From Syntrophorhabdaceae bacterium (GTDB lineage: Bacteria; Desulfobacterota; Syntrophorhabdia; Syntrophorhabdales; Syntrophorhabdaceae): DNA of 64,000 nt. The notes under the pieces are model-generated. The model had not been told where the DNA came from. It was given only the letters and a program-made list of their open reading frames with translations, and searched no databases. Positions 29,936 to 40,098 of this stretch are shown piece by piece. The stretch spans positions 5,248,001 to 5,312,000 of the forward strand of contig OY762209.1 of NCBI GenBank assembly GCA_963665295.1, in the 5' to 3' direction. Every line of letters starts with the position of its first letter. The stretch's first letter is position 1. The translations under genes were made by a program, and so were the position numbers.

Positions 29936-30152
29936 ACCCCGCCACGCTGAGTAGCCGGCTTTCCCGTCCACGGCCCCGGCCCCCGTCACAATACCCCTCC
30001 CTTCTCAAAGCCAGCGCCGGGGGACTGCCCCGTCCCGTAAGGATATCCGGACGCAGGAATAATGTTCCATTACCACTTTAAAAAAAAACCTTTTTGCATT
30101 ACTATATTTATATATGGCAAGCGAAACTACGGAAGACAGGGGATCAAAAGTT

Positions 30153-30410
30153 ATGAAATATGAATATACGGTGAAGGTTTTTTCTCTGACGGGACTCGAG
30201 GAGAGCGGCGTGGTCACCCACCCCCACAAAAACATCGTGTTCGCGTGCAGGCCCCAGGGGTCCTGCGAAGTCCACGATATAGGAATGGAGCAGATGGAAA
30301 ACCTTTCCGGTTTATTCAACGAGATGGGAGACGAAGGGTGGGAACTGGTTCAACTCGTCTTTCACCAATCCGGCATCGTAAGCTTCTGGAAAAGAGGACT
30401 GACAGAGTGA
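30153..30410 (+). CDS. DUF4177-like protein
   Basis: MKYEYTV...FNEMGDEGWELVQ...FWKR pattern; alternative start at 30114. Confidence 0.7.
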   Translation: MKYEYTVKVFSLTGLEESGVVTHPHKNIVFACRPQGSCEVHDIGMEQMENLSGLFNEMGDEGWELVQLVFHQSGIVSFWKRGLTE

Positions 30411-30450
30411 ATTCGCCACTATATATAATAAATTTAAGGGGGTGCTGAGC

Positions 30451-30900
30451 ATGGCAATGATACCGTGGGGGCCTTTGTGGGACACAAGGTTTCCATCCCT
30501 GAGGGATGAAATGGACAAGATGTTCGAGGAGTTTTTCGAGAAGGTGCGGTTTCCCGGCAACCGCGAACACTCCTGGGCGCCTTTGCTTGATGTCTACGAA
30601 ACAAAAAAGGATATTATTATCATCATGGATATTCCCGGCGTCGACCCCAAGGATGTCGCTGTCTCGATCCTGGACGACAGCCTCACTGTAAAGGGGGAAA
30701 GAAAGAAGGAGCCCGACGTGAAACCCGAGGAACTCTACCGGTCGGAGAGGGAATTCGGGCCGTTCCAGAGACTTATTCAACTCCCTTCCGAAGTGTCGGC
30801 GGATAAAGCAAAGGCAACCTATGCCAACGGGGTCTTGAGGATCGTCGTACCGAAAACCCAGAGGTCCGCACCGAAAGAAGTGAAAGTGGACGTTGTATAG
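30451..30900 (+). CDS. Hsp20/alpha-crystallin small heat shock protein
   Basis: P.LDVYE, DIPGVD, LTVKGER, ER.FG.F.R...LP and A.Y.NGVL.I.VPK motifs. Confidence 0.95.
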   Translation: MAMIPWGPLWDTRFPSLRDEMDKMFEEFFEKVRFPGNREHSWAPLLDVYETKKDIIIIMDIPGVDPKDVAVSILDDSLTVKGERKKEPDVKPEELYRSEREFGPFQRLIQLPSEVSADKAKATYANGVLRIVVPKTQRSAPKEVKVDVV

Positions 30901-31041
30901 GACGGCGGTCTCATGGGACGCGACGGGGCTTTATCCCGTAACCCGTAATTGAGTGAATGGCCGCAAGGAACGGCGTTTTCGCCGGATGCAAAAGGTGAGA
31001 TCATAAGTCCCTGAAGAGGGCTCAACAAAGGAGGGCAACCG

Positions 31042-31260
31042 ATGAAGGAAAAAGTGGAAGCGGCAATCAGCAAGATAAGGCCGTTCTTGCAGAGAGACGG
31101 GGGAGATATCGAGCTCGTGGAAATCGTCGACGGGATAGTAAAGGTCCGTCTCAAAGGCGCATGTGGCAGTTGCCCCATGAGCATGATGACCCTCAAAATG
31201 GGCGTGGAAAAAACACTGAAACAAGACATACCCGAGGTTAAAGAGGTTGTTGCGGTATAA
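31042..31260 (+). CDS. NifU/Nfu family Fe-S carrier protein
   Basis: IRPFLQRDGGDIELV...L.GACGSCPMS..TLK.GVE. Confidence 0.93.
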   Translation: MKEKVEAAISKIRPFLQRDGGDIELVEIVDGIVKVRLKGACGSCPMSMMTLKMGVEKTLKQDIPEVKEVVAV

Positions 31261-31407
31261 TCGACGACGTATGGCATAGGCAAAGAAGACCGAGGAAAAG
31301 AAAGAAAGGGGGGGCAACCCCCCCTCAAGTTCTTCCCCCTGCATCACGCCCGTAATACCGTGTGCCGGGGTCGCAACTACAAAAACTTCTGAAGGATCAA
31401 GGTAGCC

Positions 31408-32715
31408 ATGATGAAAGATATCGATCGCGCAGTGCCGCTCCTCAGGCAATTCATCCGCATAAATACCACCAACCCGCCAGGCAATGAAGAAGATGCAGTC
31501 CTGTTTCTTGAAAGTGTGCTCAAGGAAGCGGGCATCGCCTCCACGATTTACCGGTCCGGCCACCGAAGAGCGAACCTGCTCGCCCGGATCAAAGGGAAAA
31601 AGGAAGGGAAACCGATCATTCTACTCAGCCATGTCGATGTGGTGCCCGCAAGGGAGGACGAATGGGATGTCGACCCCTTCGGCGGAGAGATAAAGGACGG
31701 TTTCATATACGGCAGGGGCGCCATCGATATGAAATCCCAGACCATTTGTCAGCTCCTCGCTTTCATTCATCTTGTGGAGGAAGGCATTACGCCCGAAAGG
31801 GACATACTGCTCCTCGCAACGGGCGACGAAGAGGTGGGCGGCAAATTCGGCGCCGAGTACATGGTGAAGGAGGTGCCGGAACTCAGGGATGCATCCTTCG
31901 TGCTGAGTGAAGGGGGCTGGATCACCGAAGAGGCAGGAGTGCTCCATGCACAAGTGTCCGTGTCCGAAAAGAGCCTCGCCCAGTTCTTCATCAGGGCGGA
32001 CGGGACCGGAGGGCACGGCTCCATGCCCCGCCGGGACAATGCCAACCTCAAAGTGATCGAAGCGGCAAGGGCAATTTCCGCTTACCAGTGGCCCCTCAAG
32101 GAAACATCCATCGTAAGGGCCTATATGAACGGGCTATTTAAAGGCATGAAAGGAAAGGGGTTCACCTACACCACCCTCAAGGAGGCCCTGAAGACCAAAG
32201 GGTTCAGAGACTTCGCGGAGGAAAGCCCCATCTATAACGCCCTCCTTCGAAACACGACGGCCCTCACCATCCTCCTGGGCGGCGAAAAGGTGAACGTTAT
32301 ACCGGCCGAGTCCAGCGCGTATTTCGACGCCCGACTGCTGCCGGGAGAGAGTTATGCGAAGTTTATGAAAAAGATAAAGTCCCTGGCGGGGAATAAGGTG
32401 CAGGTCGTTCCCATCAGCGATGGAAGTGACGAACCCACGCCGTCGGGGTACAATACGGAGTATTTCAGGGCCATCACCAGGGCTATGAGAAGGGCGAAAG
32501 CTCTCCCCGTTCTCCCCTTCATTACCACGGGAGCCACGGACCTCCGTTATTTCAGGGGGTTCGGCGCCATGGCCTACGGGTTCTTCCCTGTTAACCTTCC
32601 CGCAGAGGAGCTTCTCAGAATGCACGGGGCCAACGAGCGCATAGCCCTTTCCAGTCTCGAAGAGGGTCTGGAAAGTATGAATTTGATCGTAAAGGAACTG
32701 GCGGTCCTGGCCTGA
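31408..32715 (+). CDS. M20/M25/M40 family metallo-hydrolase
   Basis: SHVDVVP, GRGAIDMK, DEEVGG, GGHGS, GATD and MHG.NE motifs. Confidence 0.92.
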   Translation: MMKDIDRAVPLLRQFIRINTTNPPGNEEDAVLFLESVLKEAGIASTIYRSGHRRANLLARIKGKKEGKPIILLSHVDVVPAREDEWDVDPFGGEIKDGFIYGRGAIDMKSQTICQLLAFIHLVEEGITPERDILLLATGDEEVGGKFGAEYMVKEVPELRDASFVLSEGGWITEEAGVLHAQVSVSEKSLAQFFIRADGTGGHGSMPRRDNANLKVIEAARAISAYQWPLKETSIVRAYMNGLFKGMKGKGFTYTTLKEALKTKGFRDFAEESPIYNALLRNTTALTILLGGEKVNVIPAESSAYFDARLLPGESYAKFMKKIKSLAGNKVQVVPISDGSDEPTPSGYNTEYFRAITRAMRRAKALPVLPFITTGATDLRYFRGFGAMAYGFFPVNLPAEELLRMHGANERIALSSLEEGLESMNLIVKELAVLA

Positions 32716-33074
32716 AGGTAAATCCGCCGGCTGTCGGGCAGGGTTTCACAATTCTTTTTTCAGCGGTCATTTGCGGGTCTTTCCGCACCTGTGGAATACG
32801 CAATCCCTTCATTCCCGCGGGTGTCCGTTCATTTTACAGTTTTGTATCCAAAAACAGGTTATGCGATTGTGCGCTGTCCGCACGTGAAATACGCTCAAAC
32901 CTCTTGACAAGTTCTTCTTTTCAGGAGAAAATAAAAAGTGAATAAATTAACAAGCCGTTGTGGTGACATTTACCGGAAAACCGGGGGGCGATGCACCGCA
33001 CAACAAAATTAAAGCAAAGGAGGTGGGTTGTTGTTTCACATTAAAATCAAGGCGTTACGCCACATGGGGGTTTT

Positions 33075-34877
33075 ATGAAAGAAATAATGCAGGGCAACAG
33101 CGCGATTGCAAGAGGCGCCTGGGAAGCGGGAGTAAAGATCGCTGCTGCATATCCCGGGACACCAAGCAGTGAGATTTTGAAGGAAATAGCGGATAACTAC
33201 CCGGACATCTATGCCGAGTGGGCTCCGAACGAGAAAGTGGCGGTTGAAGTGGCAAGCGGCGGCGCAATAGCGGGTGCAAGGTCCATGGCGTCCATGAAGC
33301 ACGTGGGTATGAACGTTGCAGCAGACCCCTTTATGACCCTTGCGTACACGGGCGTCAAAGGCGGCTTCCTCATCATCGTCGCAGACGATCCCAACGTACA
33401 CAGCTCACAGAATGAGCAGGACAGCCGTAACTGGGCACGTTTCGGCAAAGTACCCATGCTCGAGCCCGGCGACGCACAGGAATGTAAAGACTTCACGAAG
33501 ATCGCCTTTGATATCAGCGAGCAGTTCGACACGCCCGTTTTCCTGAGGACCGAGACAAGAGTCGCCCACTCCGATTCTCCCGTAGAACTGGGAGACAGAG
33601 TGGAGTCTAAGATCCAGATGAACCTTGACCCGAAGGAAGCCCCGAAATACGTAATGGTACCGGCGAATGTGCGGGTAAGACGTAAATTTATCGAAGAGCG
33701 CATGAGAAAACTCGAAGCCTACGCTGATGAGTTCAAGGGCAACTTCATAGAAATCAACGATCCGAGCATAGGGGTCATCACGAGCGGCGTCTCCTATCTC
33801 TACACGAAAGACGTATTCCCGCAGTATTCATACCTGAAACTCGGGATGGTCTGGCCTCTTCCGAAGAAGATGATCGCCGACTTCTTCAAGAAAGTGAAGA
33901 AAGTCATCGTAGTGGAAGAACTCGATCCGTTCCTGGAAACAGAAATCAAGGCCATGGGTTACAAGCTGTTCCACGGAAAAGACGTGGTTCCCAATATGTA
34001 CGAACTCACCCCTGAGATCGTTGAGAAATCTCTCATGGGCAAAAAGTACAAAGAACCCAAAGTAAGGGTAAAACCGGAAGACCTTCCCCGGAGACCGCCG
34101 AATATGTGCGCCGGTTGTTCTCACCGTCCTCTTTTCTACGCCCTTAAGAAACTCGGCGCCTTTGTATTCGGCGACATCGGCTGCTACACCCTTGCTTCCG
34201 CACCTCCCCTTTCTGCTCTCCATACGACAGTCTGTATGGGCGGCGGCGTGGGCGAAGCGCACGGCGCGATGAAGGCCCTCGGCAAGGATTGGCTCGGCAA
34301 AGTCTGCGCCGTCCTCGGCGACTCCACTTTCCTCCATTCAGGGGTAACTCCTCTTATGGATGCGGTATACAACAAAGGTATGTCTACCACGATAGTCCTC
34401 GACAACAGGATCACAGGCATGACAGGCCATCAGGAACACCCGGGGACAGGTTTTACCGTCCGCGAGGAACCGACGAACATGATCGATTATGAGACCCTTG
34501 CCAAGGCGATCGGCGTGAAAAACATCCGCAATATCGATCCGTACAACATAAAGGAAAGTATGAAGGTCATAAAAGAGGAAATGGACAGGCCCGAAGCCTC
34601 CCTTATCCTCTGCAAGGACTCTCCATGCATGATGCTGAAGAGAGAGAAAAGAAAGTTTGCGGCCCCCTTCTACGTCGTAGACACGGACAAGTGCCGCGGC
34701 TGCAAGGTCTGTCTCGAAATCGGCTGCCCTGCCATAAGCTGGCAGGAAGGCGCGGGTACCACAGCGGACGGCCACAAGCGGAAAGGGACTGTTTATATCA
34801 ATAAAGACAACTGCGTTGGTTGCGAAGTATGCACGCAAGTGTGTAAATTCGAATCCATTCAGCCGGGCACGAAGTGA
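33075..34877 (+). CDS. iorA: Indolepyruvate:ferredoxin oxidoreductase subunit alpha
   Basis: GN.AIARGA, YPGTPSSE, NEKVA.E, SQNEQD, RPPNMCAGCSHR, GDIGCY, GDSTF.HSG and two C-terminal ferredoxin motifs. Confidence 0.95.
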   Translation: MKEIMQGNSAIARGAWEAGVKIAAAYPGTPSSEILKEIADNYPDIYAEWAPNEKVAVEVASGGAIAGARSMASMKHVGMNVAADPFMTLAYTGVKGGFLIIVADDPNVHSSQNEQDSRNWARFGKVPMLEPGDAQECKDFTKIAFDISEQFDTPVFLRTETRVAHSDSPVELGDRVESKIQMNLDPKEAPKYVMVPANVRVRRKFIEERMRKLEAYADEFKGNFIEINDPSIGVITSGVSYLYTKDVFPQYSYLKLGMVWPLPKKMIADFFKKVKKVIVVEELDPFLETEIKAMGYKLFHGKDVVPNMYELTPEIVEKSLMGKKYKEPKVRVKPEDLPRRPPNMCAGCSHRPLFYALKKLGAFVFGDIGCYTLASAPPLSALHTTVCMGGGVGEAHGAMKALGKDWLGKVCAVLGDSTFLHSGVTPLMDAVYNKGMSTTIVLDNRITGMTGHQEHPGTGFTVREEPTNMIDYETLAKAIGVKNIRNIDPYNIKESMKVIKEEMDRPEASLILCKDSPCMMLKREKRKFAAPFYVVDTDKCRGCKVCLEIGCPAISWQEGAGTTADGHKRKGTVYINKDNCVGCEVCTQVCKFESIQPGTK

Positions 34878-34882
34878 GGTGG

Positions 34883-35479
34883 ATGATGACAGATAATAAT
34901 AAAGTAACCAATATATTTCTCTCCGGCGTAGGCGGCCAGGGTACGATTCTCGCCAGTAATATCCTCGCTGAGGTTTTTCTCAAGGCAGGGTACGATGTGA
35001 AAAAGAGTGAAGTCCACGGCATGGCCCAGAGAGGCGGGGATGTAACCACCCACTTCAGGTTCGGCAAGAAGGTATACTCGCCCCTCATCAAGTACGGCGA
35101 TGTCGACTTTCTCCTCTCCTTCGAGCTTCTGGAAGCCCTGAGATACATCAACTGGGTAAAGCCCGAAGGCAAGATCATCATCAACAGGCAGGAGATCTAT
35201 CCTCCCGGCGTAAACCTGGGAACAGCGAAGTATCCTGACGATGTGGAAAAGACATTCAAGAAGTTTTTTAAGGAAAACGTTACTGTCCTGAACGGACAGG
35301 AAATGGCGCGGAAGCTCGGGAACACCCAGGCTGCAAACGTCATTCTTGTAGGCGCCTTTTCGAACTTCTTCCCTGAAATCAAGGAAGAACAGTTCATCGA
35401 TGCCATCAAGACGCTTATGAAACCGAAGCTTCACGAACTGAACATAAAAGCATTTTATGAAGGAAGGGCGGCCCTCTAA
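34883..35479 (+). CDS. iorB: Indolepyruvate:ferredoxin oxidoreductase subunit beta
   Basis: GVGGQG, SEVHGMAQRGG and N..AF..G motifs; directly follows iorA. Confidence 0.95.
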   Translation: MMTDNNKVTNIFLSGVGGQGTILASNILAEVFLKAGYDVKKSEVHGMAQRGGDVTTHFRFGKKVYSPLIKYGDVDFLLSFELLEALRYINWVKPEGKIIINRQEIYPPGVNLGTAKYPDDVEKTFKKFFKENVTVLNGQEMARKLGNTQAANVILVGAFSNFFPEIKEEQFIDAIKTLMKPKLHELNIKAFYEGRAAL

Positions 35480-35498
35480 TAAAGAGCTTTTCATCCTT

Positions 35499-38015
35499 TT
35501 GAGAAAGACTTTTTTTCTGATTCTCCTTTTTTTGGGGGTGTGTACTGCGGGAAGGGCATACGGAATGAACCTGATCACCATAGATGACCGTTTGAGTTGT
35601 GTTTTCGAACAGCGAAAAGGGACCGGCGTGGTGGCGGTTCAGATTTGGGTGAAAGTCGGTAGCCGGGACGAATTGCCCCGGCAGGCGGGTATTACCCACT
35701 TCATCGAACACTTGATATTCAAAGGGACCGACAAGGTAAAGGCCAATGAGATGGCCTCCCGCATCGAGTCCCTGGGGGGAAGCATAAATGCTTTTACCTC
35801 CTATGATAATACCGTGTACCACATTGTGGTGCCGAAGCCGGCGTTTCAGGAGGGCCTTGAGCTTCTCGTGGATGCCGTCTTCAACCCTTCCTTCCCGGAG
35901 GCTGAAGTAGAAAAAGAGAACAAAGTCGTACTGGAAGAAATCAAGATGGGGGAAGACGACCCCCAGAGGAAATTGTTTAGAGACCTCTTCTCACTGGCCT
36001 ATGACGGTAAGCCTTACGGCAGACCGATCATAGGCTACGAGGAGACGGTTAAAGCCATCAAAAGAGAAGATATCCGTCAGTATTTCACCACTCACTATGA
36101 ACCGGAAAACATGGTTGTCGTAATAGTGGGTGATTTCGATGAAGGCAGAGCAAAAGCGTTCCTCCGGAAATCGCTCCGGATGAAAGGAGACCGCGTCGCG
36201 CCTCCCCGTGAAAAGGGCGGCGCCCTGGCCCGGACCGATCAGACGGAGCGCATTACCGAGAGGGAACTGAGAGAGAGCCGTCTCGCGTTTGCCTTCCCCA
36301 TTCCGCCAATCACCCACGAAGATATCCCCGCCCTGGACGTGCTGGGGACGATCCTGGGCGACGGCGAAAGCTCCAGACTTCAAGCGGAACTGAAGAACAA
36401 AAAGGGCATCGTGACCAACATCGGGACTGCCTTCTTTTCTCCCAAAGAGGAAGGTCTCCTCGTGGTCACCGCGCATTTCAAGGGGGCTGATTACCGCTCC
36501 ATCGTGAAGGCAGTGGAAGACCAACTGGCCAGGCTGCGAAAGACCGGACCCGGTGAGTGGGAACTGCTCAAGGCAAAAAACATCATAGAAGCTTCCTATA
36601 TATACGGCGCGGAAACCGCCCAGGGAAGGGCCCGGCAGATCGGTAATTTTCTCACCCTCACCGGCAACCCTGATTTCACCGAACAATATCTCAAGGCCAT
36701 CGACCGGGTAACCGCAGCCGATGTAAAGAGGGTCCTCGAAAAATACGTGTCGGGAAAAGAGAAGTGTCTGGCGGCGCTCCTGCCGAAGGGCTCCTCCAAC
36801 CCCCACACCTTCCGGCTTGAGAACGGTTTGACTTACACGGTGAACCGAAATACCGCGTCACCGAGCATCGCTTTCAGGATAGGCTTTGTGGGCGGTCTCA
36901 AAGAAGAACCCAAAGGGAAGAACGGGGTCTTCAACGTCCTCTCCAAGATGCTCTTGAGGGGCACGAAGGACAAGGACGCCCGGACCATTGCTAAGGAGAT
37001 CGACCTCCTCGCGGGGAGCGTGGCGCCCTACACGGGACGAAACGTGTTCGGCTTGGCAGGCAGCTTCCTGAGCAAGGATATGAAAGAGGCTTTCACCCTT
37101 CTCCGGGACCTCCTCGTTTCGTCGAGGTTCAAGGAAAAGGAACTGAAAACAGTCAAGGCGGAAGTCCTCTCCGAGATACGGCAAAAGGACGACGACCCCA
37201 TCTCCAACACCTTCAGACGGTTCAACGAAGCCATATATGGAGAACATCCCTACGGCAAAGACCCCAACGGCACGGAAAAGGACGTGGAAGCTCTGACTCT
37301 CAGCCAACTGAGGGAGTTCTACGAACAGTATGTGAGTCCTGAAAGTATGGTGCTCGCCGTATCGGGCGACGTAGACGAAAAGGAACTCAAGGATCTTGTC
37401 ACCTCTCTTTTCTCCGGATGGAAGGGCACACCGAACACCCTCAGGAAAGAGCCCGCTACGCTGCCGATAAAAAGGGACGTGAAGATCAGGAAGGATATGC
37501 AGCAGGCCCACCTCGTGTTCGGATTCTTCGGCCCCGGGCTTATCGACCAGGACCGCTACGAAGTTGAAGTGATGTCCGCCGTGCTCTCAGGGATGGGGGG
37601 CAGGATTCACAAGATACTGCGTGAAGACAAGCCCTATGCGTACGCCCTGACCTTCTTTAATCAGATGGCTTACGAAGTAGGAGCCATGGGTATCTACATC
37701 GGCACCGGCACGAACCTCACCAAGGAGGTGGAGACCATCGTGAGGGCCGAGATAGAGCGACTCAACCGCGAAGGCTTTACGGACAAGGAGGTGGCCGACG
37801 CCAAAAACTACCTGGTCGGCAACCACTATATAAGAAAGCAGAGCAACGGCTCCATGGCGACCGATATGTGCCTCGATACCATGTACGGGTTAAAAGCAGG
37901 CTATTTCAAAGAATGGCCCGCCCTTATAGGACGCGTCAAAAAAGAGGACGTAGACAAGGCGGTCCGGAAATATCTTTCCCTGGACAAAATGGTGCAAGTG
38001 ACCCTGTCACCCTGA
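35499..38015 (+). CDS. M16 family (pitrilysin-like) zinc peptidase
   Basis: HFIEH inverted zinc motif, NAFTS.D.T.Y, EEI and a second inactive M16 half; probable signal peptide. Start is uncertain (ORF open from 35457). Confidence 0.9.
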   Translation: MRKTFFLILLFLGVCTAGRAYGMNLITIDDRLSCVFEQRKGTGVVAVQIWVKVGSRDELPRQAGITHFIEHLIFKGTDKVKANEMASRIESLGGSINAFTSYDNTVYHIVVPKPAFQEGLELLVDAVFNPSFPEAEVEKENKVVLEEIKMGEDDPQRKLFRDLFSLAYDGKPYGRPIIGYEETVKAIKREDIRQYFTTHYEPENMVVVIVGDFDEGRAKAFLRKSLRMKGDRVAPPREKGGALARTDQTERITERELRESRLAFAFPIPPITHEDIPALDVLGTILGDGESSRLQAELKNKKGIVTNIGTAFFSPKEEGLLVVTAHFKGADYRSIVKAVEDQLARLRKTGPGEWELLKAKNIIEASYIYGAETAQGRARQIGNFLTLTGNPDFTEQYLKAIDRVTAADVKRVLEKYVSGKEKCLAALLPKGSSNPHTFRLENGLTYTVNRNTASPSIAFRIGFVGGLKEEPKGKNGVFNVLSKMLLRGTKDKDARTIAKEIDLLAGSVAPYTGRNVFGLAGSFLSKDMKEAFTLLRDLLVSSRFKEKELKTVKAEVLSEIRQKDDDPISNTFRRFNEAIYGEHPYGKDPNGTEKDVEALTLSQLREFYEQYVSPESMVLAVSGDVDEKELKDLVTSLFSGWKGTPNTLRKEPATLPIKRDVKIRKDMQQAHLVFGFFGPGLIDQDRYEVEVMSAVLSGMGGRIHKILREDKPYAYALTFFNQMAYEVGAMGIYIGTGTNLTKEVETIVRAEIERLNREGFTDKEVADAKNYLVGNHYIRKQSNGSMATDMCLDTMYGLKAGYFKEWPALIGRVKKEDVDKAVRKYLSLDKMVQVTLSP

Positions 38016-38154
38016 ATCCTTCCGCGCCGTGGCCATCAAGGCTCGCGGCCCGCGAAAGCTCGCTTCCTACCTCGAACCCTCCATAGCACGTTCCGCCGTC
38101 CGCCATTACAGCTCCCATCTCCAGGCACTATGATCATTTTCGCGTGCAGACACA

Positions 38155-38193
38155 AATAAGACCCCCTTCGGTTCGCCCTGAGGGAGTCTTATT
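38155..38193. terminator. Hairpin between convergent genes
   Basis: AATAAGACCCCCT...AGGGAGTCTTATT inverted repeat. Confidence 0.55.
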
Positions 38194-38218
38194 CACTTCA
38201 CGCGTTTCGTTGCCCTGT

Positions 38219-39325
38219 TCAGGCGGTAAAGAACTCCCTTACCGACGCCATTATGTAATCCTTTTCCACCTTTGTAAGCTCGGGGAATACGGGCAGAGCC
38301 AGACTTGTCATTGCTGCCTTCTCCGACACGGGCATGTCTCCCATCTTGTAGCCCAGGTACTGGAAACAATCCTGAACGTGCAGGGGCACGGGATAATAGA
38401 CGCCGGTAACGATGCCCTTTTCCTTGAGGAAGTTCTGGAGACGGTCCCTCTCCTCGACACGGATTACGTACTGGTGGAATATATGGGACGAATCATCCTC
38501 GATGGGAGGCAGGATGACCGGCAGGTCTTTCATCTTTTTGTTGTAGAACTTCGCGTTCTCCATCCTCTTCCGGTTCCATGATTCGAGGTGGGGAAACTTC
38601 GCCACAAGGGCGCACGCCTTGATCTCGTCGAGCCTGCTGTTGATCCCTATCATCTCATGATGATAGGCAACGCTGCCCATGCCGTGGACACGAAGCTTCT
38701 TCGCTCTTTCGCCGAGTTCCTTATTCTTTGAGAGCACCATGCCGCCCTCCCCTATTCCGCCCAGGTTCTTGGTGGGATAGAAGCTTATGCCTGCAATGTC
38801 TCCGAAGCTTCCCGACATCTTCCCGTCCTTCCTGGAACCAAGGGACTGGGCCATATCCTCCACCACGGGGATGCCGTGCTTCTCCGCTATCGCGCATATC
38901 CGATCCATCTTGCAGAGCTTCCCGAAAAGGTGGACCACCGTGATGGCCTTCGTCTTCTTCGTGATCGCCTTTTCGATGAGGTCCGGATTTATGTTCATAG
39001 TCTCCGGCTCTATATCGACGAAAACAGGTTTTGCGCCCAGGAGAGCGATGGAACTCGCCGTCGAAAAAAATGTGTAAGGCGTGGTGATCACCTCGTCGTC
39101 CCGCGTGATACCGAGAGCCATGAGGCAAAGGATGAGGGCGTCCGTGCCGTTCGCGCACGAGATCGCGGAAGGGACCCCCGCGTAATCGGCAATCGTGGTT
39201 TCCAGCAATCCACAATACTTGCCGAGTATTAATTTCTGCTCCGAAAGTATCTCGTTCAAACAGCCGGTAATCTCTTTTCTTACCTTCTTATACTGGGCCT
39301 TAAGGTTAATGGGTGGTATATTCAT
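38219..39325 (-). CDS. DegT/DnrJ/EryC1/StrS family PLP aminotransferase
   Basis: NGTDAL, VHLFG, EDMAQ, SFYPTKNLG..GEGG and NSRLDE motifs. Confidence 0.93.
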   Translation of the reverse strand: MNIPPINLKAQYKKVRKEITGCLNEILSEQKLILGKYCGLLETTIADYAGVPSAISCANGTDALILCLMALGITRDDEVITTPYTFFSTASSIALLGAKPVFVDIEPETMNINPDLIEKAITKKTKAITVVHLFGKLCKMDRICAIAEKHGIPVVEDMAQSLGSRKDGKMSGSFGDIAGISFYPTKNLGGIGEGGMVLSKNKELGERAKKLRVHGMGSVAYHHEMIGINSRLDEIKACALVAKFPHLESWNRKRMENAKFYNKKMKDLPVILPPIEDDSSHIFHQYVIRVEERDRLQNFLKEKGIVTGVYYPVPLHVQDCFQYLGYKMGDMPVSEKAAMTSLALPVFPELTKVEKDYIMASVREFFTA

Positions 39326-39456
39326 GGCGATTTCCTTGGTTTTATTTGGTACCTGCCGTGAAAACGGACTCGCATTATATAACACATATGGTACAAGAAT
39401 TTCCACATTTAGAGCCGTCCGTTGCCCTCGATACCCCTTCGGGGCGCCGATTCCTG

Positions 39457-39485
39457 TTGACTTTGGCCGCGTTTTGCTTTAATGT
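39457..39485 (+). promoter_or_regulatory. tRNA promoter TTGACT-17-TAATGT
   Basis: Hexamers with a 17-bp spacer ending 10 nt before the tRNA. Confidence 0.6.
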
Positions 39486-39495
39486 ATACACACAC

Positions 39496-39572
<77 letters not shown>

Positions 39573-39580
39573 ACGAAAGC

Positions 39581-39613
39581 AAGGGGTTAGCCATTACGGT
39601 TAGCCCCTTTTTC
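39581..39613 (+). terminator. Terminator downstream of the tRNA
   Basis: AAGGGGTTAGCC-ATTAC-GGTTAGCCCCTT followed by TTT. Confidence 0.7.
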
Positions 39614-39812
39614 TTGTCTTGTAGCGGGTTTTCCAACCATTTCTAACCGAACAGCATCAAATACAGCAAAGCAACAGGTAAATTGCACGGAAAATGATAT
39701 AGACGTTGTGTTTGATTGGCTAGGAATTGCATTTGAGTGGTGGAAGAATGCGACGTCCGTCTTCACGGGGATCGCGCAAAATCCATACTGTCTTGCAGGC
39801 CGATTTAGTACC

Positions 39813-39991
39813 TGTAGATTGTCAAATACATTTGACCCTTCTTTGTCGGATGAAGTGACCCCTACAGGCTCCGGACTTCTTTTGCAGTAATCCGAAATAA
39901 CAAGGATCACGGGCTCTCAAGGAAATCAGGAAAAGGATGGACCCTTCGTATCCACCTGCAAAAGGGGGTCAGAAGTATTTGACAATCTACA
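39813..39991. mobile_element. 179-bp non-autonomous IS derivative (MITE) with TGT...ACA ends
   Basis: Terminal inverted repeats: TGTAGATTGTCAAATAC is perfect for 17 bp, and 24 of the terminal 26 bp match; internal TGACCC repeats; no transposase. Confidence 0.75.
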
Positions 39992-40098
39992 CCCTCCGAA
40001 ACCGGCATGGCAAATTTTGTCTGACCAGGTTGCACAAAGGAACCGGAATCACTGCTGAGGTGACTGCCGACAACAACTGTTCTCTGTCGTGGCCCTGC

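Noticed and set aside
31301..31325. G7-CAA-C7 hairpin with a T tail only on the minus strand, suggesting an antisense RNA
   Set aside because: No supporting minus-strand promoter; it may simply end the nfu transcript.
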